Source: Candidatus Brocadiia bacterium
GTDB lineage: Bacteria > Planctomycetota > Brocadiia > CAIUPP01
DNA: 64,000 bases
Reading direction: 5' to 3'
Assembly: GCA_050015075.1 (NCBI GenBank)
Contig: JBEKCB010000005.1
Coordinates: 128,001-192,000, forward strand
The position numbers and the translations under genes are program-made. The notes beneath the pieces were generated by a model. That model saw nothing but the letters and a program-made list of their open reading frames with translations. It did no database searches and had not been told where the DNA came from. Numbering within the stretch: the stretch's first letter is position 1; the number at the start of each line of letters is the position of its first letter. Of the stretch, positions 56,930-64,000 are shown piece by piece.

Positions 56930-58096
56930 ATGGCCGAGACCCGCGACATTCTGCACGTGGACGTGGACGCGTTCTTCGCGTCGGTCGAGCAGGTGCTCGA
57001 TCCGCGGTTGCGGGGAAAACCGGTCATCGTCGGCGGCAACCCGAATGACCGGTCGGTGGTGGCTTCCGCCTCCTATCCGGCGCGGGCGTTCGGCGTGCGG
57101 AGCGCGATGCCCATCGCGCAGGCGCGCCGGCTCTGCCCGCACGCGGTTTTTCTGCCGGGCAATTTACAGGCGTACTGCGAATTCTCGGAGCGCGTGCGCG
57201 AGATCCTGCTGCGGTTCACGCCGCTGGTCGAGGCGGCTTCGATGGATGACTTCTACCTCGACTTCACCGGCTGCCGCCCGCTGCACGGCCGCCCGCTCCA
57301 GGCGGCGGAGCGGATGAAGTCCGTGGTGCGCGCGGAGACGGGACTGAGCGTCACCGCCGCGGTCGCCTCGAACAAGCTCCTGGCCAAGGTCGCGTCGGAC
57401 CTGGCGAAGCCGGACGGCCTCATCGAAGTCCGGCGCGGCTGCGAGGCGGCGTTCCTGCGGCCGCTGCCGGTCGGGCGGCTGCCCGGCGTCGGCCCGAGTA
57501 ACGAGGCGACGCTGCGCAAGCTCAACCTCGTGACGGTCGGCCAGGTGGCGGAAATCCCGCCGGAGTCGCTCGAGCAGATGTTCGGCGCCTGGGGCGCTGC
57601 GCTTGGCGAGCGCGCTCGCGGGCGCGACGACTCGCCGGTGATCGCGGAGGCCGCCCGGCCGAAGTCCATCGGCCGCGAGAGCACTTTTCCGCAGGACACT
57701 TCCGACCGCGCCGAGGTGCGCGCGATGCTCTATTCGCTGACCGAGCGCGCGGCGCGCCAGCTCCGCGAGGAGGGCCTGCTGGCGCGCTGCGTGACGGTCC
57801 GGGTCCGCTACGCCGATTTCCAGACCGTGACGGCCGCGCGCACGCTGCCGACGCTGACCGACCAGGACAAGGCATTCTACGAGACCGCGCTCGAGCAGGT
57901 CGAGCGCCTGCTGGCGCGGCGGATGCGGGTCCGGCTGATCGGCGTGACGCTCTCGGCGCTGGCGTCGTTGCAGGAGCGCCAGGGCGACCTGTTCGCGGAG
58001 ACGGAGTTCCAGCGGCGGAGGCGGTTCTATCGCGGGCTGGACCGGTTGCGGGACCGGTTCGGTTTCGAAATCGCCCGCGTCGGCCCGGCGCAGTAG
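56930..58096 (+). CDS. dinB: DNA polymerase IV (Y family)
   Basis: LHVDVDAFFASVE, SASY.AR.FGVRSAM, SMDD, NKLLAKVASD..KPDG, and KSIGRE.TF. Confidence 0.93.
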   Translation: MAETRDILHVDVDAFFASVEQVLDPRLRGKPVIVGGNPNDRSVVASASYPARAFGVRSAMPIAQARRLCPHAVFLPGNLQAYCEFSERVREILLRFTPLVEAASMDDFYLDFTGCRPLHGRPLQAAERMKSVVRAETGLSVTAAVASNKLLAKVASDLAKPDGLIEVRRGCEAAFLRPLPVGRLPGVGPSNEATLRKLNLVTVGQVAEIPPESLEQMFGAWGAALGERARGRDDSPVIAEAARPKSIGRESTFPQDTSDRAEVRAMLYSLTERAARQLREEGLLARCVTVRVRYADFQTVTAARTLPTLTDQDKAFYETALEQVERLLARRMRVRLIGVTLSALASLQERQGDLFAETEFQRRRRFYRGLDRLRDRFGFEIARVGPAQ

Positions 58097-58101
58097 GTCA
58101 G

Positions 58102-58268
58102 AAAACGTTTTCGCCACGGGTTGACGGAAACGGAAAGAAAAACGTTTTTTGCCGCGGATTTCACGGATTTCCACGGATTACCGTAAACGTCAGAATAAGT
58201 TTTCCAGCATCCGTTCCCGTCGTTGCCGGTAATCCGTGGCCATCCGTGAAATCCGTGGCAAAGACGTT
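58102..58268. repeat. Inverted repeat of the same family as the xseA-xseB array
   Basis: GCCGCGGATTTCACGGATTTCCACGGATTACC ... GGTAATCCGTGGCCATCCGTGAAATCCGTGGCAAA, between convergent genes. Confidence 0.85.
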
Positions 58269-58287
58269 CCGTTGTTCTCCGCCGCGA

Positions 58288-58815
58288 TCAGAACGCGCCG
58301 TCTATGACCGGCTTCTCCTGGATGATGTTCCACATCTCCGGATAGGTCAGATAGAGACGCGTGTCGTTGAGGATGCGGAAGTGCTCGTTCTCTTCCTCGG
58401 CGATCTTGAGGAGGATCTCTTTCTCCTGCGCGTCGGTCACCGTCTTGGCGGCGCCGGCGTAAAAGAAAAAGGCCTTCTCTTCCATGCCGAGCGCGATGTC
58501 AATTGCCTGGACCTCGTCGGTGCTCCGGCGCGACTTCTTCACCTGCGCGGCGGCGGCCTTGAAAATGGACTGGATCCGTTTCGCCGGGCTCGAGTCGTCC
58601 AGCTCGTCCGCGCGGCTCGGCCGCACCCCTTCCTGCGCGGCCATCTCCTGGAAGATCGCCCGGTGCCGCTCCTCGTCCTTGGAGAGCGACGCGAACATTT
58701 TCTTGACGAGCCGGTTCTCGGCCTGCCCGGCGGCCTTCGAGTAGAACCGGATGCCCTCCTCTTCCATGTGGATCGCAATGCCCAGCGCGTCGGAACGTTT
58801 CGCTTTGCCCGCCAT
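58288..58815 (-). CDS. Ferritin/rubrerythrin-like diiron protein
   Basis: AI.MEEEG..FY, DEERH, ALGMEEKA..FY, and EENEH. Confidence 0.88.
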   Translation of the reverse strand: MAGKAKRSDALGIAIHMEEEGIRFYSKAAGQAENRLVKKMFASLSKDEERHRAIFQEMAAQEGVRPSRADELDDSSPAKRIQSIFKAAAAQVKKSRRSTDEVQAIDIALGMEEKAFFFYAGAAKTVTDAQEKEILLKIAEEENEHFRILNDTRLYLTYPEMWNIIQEKPVIDGAF

Positions 58816-58903
58816 GGTCATCTCCTGCGAAGAGTAACTCCGGAAACGCGCGCCTCATACCGACGATGTTACCGGCGCGCGCCGCTGAAATCAAGCCGCT
58901 CCG

Positions 58904-59419
58904 CTACGCCCAGAAATCGTCCTCGGCCGGCGGCGTGCCTTCGAGCGACCGCCACGCGAAGCCGCCGCCAAGCAGCACCAGCTCGTCCTGGAGCAGCCGT
59001 GCGTGCCGCGATTCCTGCTCGACCAGGCTCTCGAAGAGCTTGCGCGCGGCGGCCTTCCGGCAGCGCGCGGCGCAGCGGCGATAGAAGCTCTCGGAGTCCT
59101 TCTCCGCCTGCAGCGCCAGCCGGAGCGACGCTTCCGGCGTATCGTCATGAGGGAAGCCGGCCACCTCGGCGCGGGAAATCGGCGTGCGCTGAAGTTTCTC
59201 CGGGCGCGTCAGCCCCTGGATCGCCTTGCCGAGCAGCCGCGCGTGCTCGCGCTCCTCCTCGGCGAGGTAGCGGAGCTTGGCGCTCGTCAGGCGGCTCTTC
59301 GCCTGGGCGGCCATCCGCGTGTAGCGCCTCAGCGCGCCCTGCTCCATCCGCAACGCGAAGGAGAGCACTTCATACGGTCCGGCGTCCGCGACCCAGCCCC
59401 AGATGCTGCGTGCGCTCAT
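58904..59419 (-). CDS. Ferritin/rubrerythrin-like diiron protein
   Basis: ALRMEQGA...Y, EEREH, ALQAEKDS..FY, and QESRH. Confidence 0.85.
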   Translation of the reverse strand: MSARSIWGWVADAGPYEVLSFALRMEQGALRRYTRMAAQAKSRLTSAKLRYLAEEEREHARLLGKAIQGLTRPEKLQRTPISRAEVAGFPHDDTPEASLRLALQAEKDSESFYRRCAARCRKAAARKLFESLVEQESRHARLLQDELVLLGGGFAWRSLEGTPPAEDDFWA

Positions 59420-60267
59420 GGTTTCGTCTCCTCATCCTGAATCTCGCCGGTATACACGATCCGCGCGGGGCCGGCGATCCGCGCCGGGCCTTCGCCGCGC
59501 CATTCGCCGGTCATTCGGCCGCCCCGCGTGACCACCTCGATGCGGTCGCCCGTCAGACCGAGTGTCCGCCCGATCGCGGCCGCCGCGGCCACGCCGCTTC
59601 CGCAACTGAACGTCTCGCCGACGCCGCGTTCCCAGATGCGCATGTGGACGCGCTCGCGCCCTTCCGCACGGCACCACAGGACGCTCGTCCGCTTGGGGAA
59701 AAGCGCGTGGCGCTCGAGCAGCGGGCTGACTTCCTGAAAGACGCGCTCCTCCACGTCGGCCTCGCCGAAGATCGCCGTGTGCGCGGTGCCGGTGGAGACG
59801 CACGAAATCGGGAACGTGCGGCCGGCGATCTCGAGCGGATGCCGCAGGACGGCCTTTCCGGGCAAGAGAACCGGAATCGCCGCCGGATCGAACTGCGGGA
59901 CGAGCACAGCGATTTCGACCTCGAAGGCGCCCCGGCCCAGGTGGCGAACCCGGGCTTCGTGCCGGCCGAGCGGCGTGAGCAGCACTGGGTGGCTTTCCTC
60001 GTCCGCCTCGGGCCCGGCCAGGTACGCGGCGGCGCAGCGCAGGCCGTTGCCGCAGAAGTCCTCCGTGCCGTCCGGGTTGAACATCCGCATCAGCGGCGGT
60101 CCGCGCCGGCCGCCTTCGAGCGTCAACAGCCCGTCTCCGCCGACGCCATGATGCCGATCGCACAGCCGGATGGCCAGCGACGGCGCGTCCGTCACCGGCT
60201 CGCGGCGGCCATCCACCAACACCAGATCATTTCCGCCCGCCTCGACCTTGATGAAATGAAGCGGCAT
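59416..60267 (-). CDS. dapF: Diaminopimelate epimerase-like protein
   Basis: GND, LCDRHHGVGGDG, NPDG...FCGNGLRC, and WERGVGETFSCGSG. Confidence 0.8.
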   Translation of the reverse strand: MPLHFIKVEAGGNDLVLVDGRREPVTDAPSLAIRLCDRHHGVGGDGLLTLEGGRRGPPLMRMFNPDGTEDFCGNGLRCAAAYLAGPEADEESHPVLLTPLGRHEARVRHLGRGAFEVEIAVLVPQFDPAAIPVLLPGKAVLRHPLEIAGRTFPISCVSTGTAHTAIFGEADVEERVFQEVSPLLERHALFPKRTSVLWCRAEGRERVHMRIWERGVGETFSCGSGVAAAAAIGRTLGLTGDRIEVVTRGGRMTGEWRGEGPARIAGPARIVYTGEIQDEETKP

Positions 60268-60284
60268 CAGTCACCTCGCAGAAA

Positions 60285-60376
60285 GGACGATAGACGACCG
60301 ACGATAGACGATGGTTCGCAGGGAGCATATCGTCCATCGTCCGTCGTCCATCGTCTCCCGTCTATCGTCTGTCGTC
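60285..60376. repeat. Inverted 7-mer tandem repeat (GACGATA/CATCGTC)
   Basis: GGACGATAGACGACCGACGATAGACGATGG ... ATCGTCCATCGTCCGTCGTCCATCGTC. Confidence 0.75.
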
Positions 60377-62447
60377 AAGCGTCGCCCCCGTCCACCAGCC
60401 GTTCCAGCCGGAACGTCGCGGTCCGGCGGACGCGCTGGAACCACCGGCCCGTCGGATCGAGCGCGGGGAACCACCACGCCGACGGGCGCAGGTCCGCGTG
60501 CGGCAGCCCTTCCGAGGCGAGCAGCGCGTTGCGGACGAGTTGCAGCCGCGCCGTTTCCGCCGCGCGCTCGACGGTGAGCAGCAGCCGACGCGCCGAGGCG
60601 GCCTTCCGCCCGCGTTCGAGCGCCAGCAGCCGCAGCGCGATCTCGCCCCGCTTTTCGCGGAGCCGGCTCAGTTCCTTCTGCTTCGCCTCAAGCGAGAGGA
60701 GCAGCGCACCGCCTTCGCGTTCGGCCTCCGCGTATTCCGCGCCGAGCCGCGCCCGTTCGCCCGCGGCCGCATGCGCCGGCAGGTCCGCCAGCTTCCGCTT
60801 CAGCGGCCGGATTCTCTCGCGGCTCATCGCGCCGCGCCGCGTCTCGAGCATCCGGATCTCCGCCACGGCGCTGTCCTCCCGCGCGCGCAAGTCCTGCGCC
60901 TTGTGCCGCAGCGCGTCGGCCCGGCGCTGAATCTTCAGCAGAAGCGCGTTCGCCGCGGCGCACTGCCGCAGCCGCCGGAACCAGGCCGCGTGCTGGTCGT
61001 CGGCGAGATAACGCACCAGGTCGCACGCGCCCGCGACGCCTTTGAGCTCGCGCAGCAGCCGCTGCTGTTCCTTGACGGCGCTCCGCCAGCGGCGGCTGAA
61101 CTCCCTGCAATCCAGCGCGGGCTTGCCGAACGCCTGCGCGAGGTGCTCCGGCATCCGCAGCGCCGCGCCGCAGACCGACAGCGAATCCCACGTGCGCAGG
61201 CGCATGCGAAGAAGCGGGTTCACGCGGACGCGCACGCCGCTTTTGCGCATCGCCGCCAGCATCTGCTGCGTGCGCGGCAGATACGCCGAGCCGGTCTCGG
61301 CGAAGACCATCACGAACTCGGCCGAGAGCATCGCGGGCAGGGCGAGCGCTTTGCCCAGGAGCGCGACGCCGCCGCCGAGCGCGTCTTCGAGCAGCGCCGC
61401 GAGCGTTCGCACGTCGCGCACCGGCTCGGTCAGCGGCCATTGGCCCGGCTGGCGGAAATCCACCGCGACGAACGCGGGCCCGACGCGCAGCGTGCCGCGT
61501 CCGCGGCCGGGCGCATAGACGTCGAACGGCAGCGCGCCTTCGCCGGAGGCGGCCAACCGGGCCGTCGCCGATTCGCCGGCGGCGGCATCGTAAGCGGCGC
61601 GGCAGGCGGCGGAGGTCGCTTCGTCCAGGAAGTGCGCGGCGAACTGGAACCGCGGCAGGTCGGCCGTGCGGCGATTGAACGCCAGCAGCTCGCGCGCGCC
61701 CGCGACGGTGACGTTGGCGGGCAGTGCGCTTAGGAATCCTTCGTAGAAACCGCGAAGCATGCGCGCGAAAAGCTCGCCGACGGAGCCTGCCGGGCGCTCT
61801 GCGACGAATTGTTTCACCGCTTCAGCATTGCAGGAGATCGCCGCGCGGACGGACTTCCGGTCCTGCGGCCGGGCCAGGACCGCCTGCGTCCGGCGCGAGG
61901 CCCATTCAAGGAGTTCCAGGAGCGCGGGCGCGACCTCGCGCGCGGGCGTGTCGCATACGACGGAGTCCGGCCCGTTGCCGACGATGCCGCGCCAGCCGAA
62001 CGCCTCGGTGATCTTGTCCAGCATAGCCTGCCGCGCGTGTCCTTCGGGCAGGAGCCGGTCGAGCCGCACTCCGGCCTCGGCCAGCGCCTGGCGCGAGGGG
62101 CACACTTCGGCGCCGAAGAGCGCGGAGATCTCGCCCGCCGCGATCCACGCGTCGCGCGTCGTGCCGTCGTTTCGAGGGACAATCTGCCACGGAGAGCGGG
62201 AGAGCGGCGACCGCACGCGGGAGAAATAGTCCAGGTCGTGAATGCCGACGATCATCGGCCGCCCGGCGTCGGCTTGCCCGCCGGAGGCGTTGGCCGCGAC
62301 GATCGCCTTCATCGGCTCGTCCCAGAGCGGCGTCTGTCCGAGCGCCAGCAGCGGCGCGCCGGGCGCGGCGCGGTCGAGCTCGCGCAGAATTTCGCGGAGC
62401 GATGCCGCCTCGTGCGCTTTGCCTGAATTGATTGTCCGCGCGCCCAT
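60375..62447 (-). CDS. Large hypothetical protein with a coiled coil (possibly BshC-like)
   Basis: 690-aa ORF with conserved-looking blocks LALGQTPLWDEPMK, GIHDLDYF, AAGE.S.LFG, GKA, E.GS.Y and a C-terminal coiled coil. Confidence 0.7.
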   Translation of the reverse strand: MGARTINSGKAHEAASLREILRELDRAAPGAPLLALGQTPLWDEPMKAIVAANASGGQADAGRPMIVGIHDLDYFSRVRSPLSRSPWQIVPRNDGTTRDAWIAAGEISALFGAEVCPSRQALAEAGVRLDRLLPEGHARQAMLDKITEAFGWRGIVGNGPDSVVCDTPAREVAPALLELLEWASRRTQAVLARPQDRKSVRAAISCNAEAVKQFVAERPAGSVGELFARMLRGFYEGFLSALPANVTVAGARELLAFNRRTADLPRFQFAAHFLDEATSAACRAAYDAAAGESATARLAASGEGALPFDVYAPGRGRGTLRVGPAFVAVDFRQPGQWPLTEPVRDVRTLAALLEDALGGGVALLGKALALPAMLSAEFVMVFAETGSAYLPRTQQMLAAMRKSGVRVRVNPLLRMRLRTWDSLSVCGAALRMPEHLAQAFGKPALDCREFSRRWRSAVKEQQRLLRELKGVAGACDLVRYLADDQHAAWFRRLRQCAAANALLLKIQRRADALRHKAQDLRAREDSAVAEIRMLETRRGAMSRERIRPLKRKLADLPAHAAAGERARLGAEYAEAEREGGALLLSLEAKQKELSRLREKRGEIALRLLALERGRKAASARRLLLTVERAAETARLQLVRNALLASEGLPHADLRPSAWWFPALDPTGRWFQRVRRTATFRLERLVDGGDA

Positions 62448-62577
62448 GCATTCAGCATGCGGGAAACGGGGGCAAAATGCAAGTCCGGCGCGGGTGGGCG
62501 CTGAACTCTGAGCCTTGGTTTTGGGGTATAATAAGCTGGCGGCGGAGCGCGGGGCTGTCAGATTCGGGTGAAGCAAA

Positions 62578-63085
62578 ATGGCGACCGATCAGCCGGAATC
62601 GGCGACCGGGAAACCGCCTGAAACGGCGTTCCGAAGACTGCTGCGTCAATGGCACATCGCAGCGATGGGACTCCTTCTCGTAGCGACAGGGATCCTAGCG
62701 CCGCTTGTGGCCCTTTTCACGGGCTGGCCTTGCAAGGTTTTTTTATTGCCGCTGGCGCTCCTCGTTGCGCTCATCCCGATGTGTTTCACAGATATCCTCT
62801 TTAGCGGAAAAAATCCGCGTGGTTTCCCTGACGTTGCTGATGCTCATCACGGCGGGGCTTGCGGTCTTAATTGGCTATGGAGTTTATGCGATTGGAAGAC
62901 CGCCGATCGAGGGCAAATCTGACGCAGAGGTGTCAACAGGAATAATCTTTATAATGAAGGAATTCTGGCCTTCCATTATTGGCACCCTCGTTGCCGCAGT
63001 CCCGGTCGCGGCTATTATGCCGATTTCTTCGTCTCCACTGGGAGGAACGCGAACTTTTTCACGCCGGCCTCACCAATTCCGGTGA
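62578..63085 (+). pseudogene. Small multi-TM membrane protein split by a frameshift
   Basis: Two overlapping hydrophobic ORFs (62578-62922, 62705-63085) join if A6 at 62808-62813 is A5. Confidence 0.55.
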
Positions 63086-63090
63086 GCCGA

Positions 63091-64000
63091 TCAGCGCACC
63101 ATGAAGCCGATGCGGTCGAAGTAGATCGCCCCTTTCGCCGGTTTGCTGGCGTTCAGGATGAAGATGATGTTCATCGCCGATGGCACCGCCTTGATGTAGT
63201 CCTCGGTCGTCACGTCGAGCTGGTGAGTCTTCCACTGCCCCGTGTCCTTGAGCGGCACGTCGCCAAGGTGCATCCACCAGTTGGCCGGGCTCTGCATCAC
63301 CACCATGATGCTGGCGTCGAGATCGTCGCACGCGAAGTCGGGGGAGGTCATAAGGTCGAAGACCACGCCGCGGATGTTGCTCTTGTCGAGCTTGCCGGCT
63401 TCAGGCAGGCGGCTGATTTTCAGGACCGCTCTGGCCTTGTCGGCCGGCACCACGCCGCCGGCCGGCACATCGACGCGCGCCACCGCACGGTTTGGTCGCT
63501 TTGTCAGGTCTTCCTTGAGTGCGAAGTCGGATGAGAAGGTTTCCTTGTCGGTGACGGGCGGGTTGGAGAAGTCCCAGAAGACGACCGGCCGGGGCACCGA
63601 AGGCTTCACCGTCATCTTGTTGGTTGCCGTCACATCCCCGGACCGGGCGGTGAGCGTCAGCTCGCCGGGCGCCGCCGGCTGCATGTCGAAGTGTCCGACG
63701 TCTTCCGCCAGACGGACCTTGCGGCGATCGAACGTCACGCCGCTGCTGGCGGTGAGGGCGGCCGGCGCGAGCGTACCGCGGTACGGGTCCTCCGTGCCGG
63801 CTTCCAGCGCTATCACCTCGCCGCGGATATGGTCGCCGGCGTACATCTCCGAGGGCATCACGAACCGCAGCTCCGGGGTCCCCGGCGCTGGCTTCTTCTC
63901 AGATAGGGCCTTCCGGGCCATGGGCGAGAGGGCCGGCTTTGCCTTGTCCGGGACGCGCACGTAGGTCATGGAGAAGGGAGCAAGCGTAACGTTGAAGTCA
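63091..64000 (-). CDS. C-terminal part of a probable glycoside hydrolase or carbohydrate-binding protein
   Basis: Frame is open to the window edge (..VTLAPFSMTYVRV..), with Ig-like and CBM-like segments ending IYFDRIGF. Confidence 0.55.
   Translation of the reverse strand, partial: DFNVTLAPFSMTYVRVPDKAKPALSPMARKALSEKKPAPGTPELRFVMPSEMYAGDHIRGEVIALEAGTEDPYRGTLAPAALTASSGVTFDRRKVRLAEDVGHFDMQPAAPGELTLTARSGDVTATNKMTVKPSVPRPVVFWDFSNPPVTDKETFSSDFALKEDLTKRPNRAVARVDVPAGGVVPADKARAVLKISRLPEAGKLDKSNIRGVVFDLMTSPDFACDDLDASIMVVMQSPANWWMHLGDVPLKDTGQWKTHQLDVTTEDYIKAVPSAMNIIFILNASKPAKGAIYFDRIGFMVR

Noticed and set aside
1-64000. tRNA, rRNA, prophage, integrase, transposase, retron or DGR
   Set aside because: No cloverleaf, rRNA-like stretch, recombinase, transposase or reverse transcriptase motifs were recognised by eye. 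A covariance/HMM scan would be needed to exclude them fully.

Overview
GC-rich bacterial chromosomal window, probably Planctomycetota/PVC (inferred from a Minf_1886-family gene, an excisionase-HTH/acidic-linker/TM protein and a long LptD-like barrel). It is mostly housekeeping: a long minus-strand run sppA-birA-galT-response regulator-glgC-DUF4912-GH57-phosphatase-rlmN-HAD-comEA-uvrB, a sugar-acid block (gnd, SDR, HAD, GlcD-like), aconitase, metG/PSP1, nadK-xseB-xseA-ymdB-coaD-lptD, an FHA-GAF-HD-GYP protein, kduD and dinB. Three toxin-antitoxin pairs and a lone nucleotidyltransferase are interspersed. I saw no tRNA, rRNA, CRISPR array, transposase or reverse transcriptase. The most unusual items are: (1) a 1331-aa protein made of one PAS domain plus a coiled-coil rod with an exact 56-aa repeat and no output domain; (2) an unannotated 37-aa, 9-Cys metallothionein-like peptide with its own promoter; (3) an operon of a BshC-like protein, a divergent DapF-fold racemase and two ferritin-like proteins; (4) many short-unit inverted repeats, including a 6x49-bp array between xseA and xseB and palindromes inserted in frame into genes; (5) three apparent pseudo-enzymes. 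All family calls come from motif recognition by eye; no searches were run.
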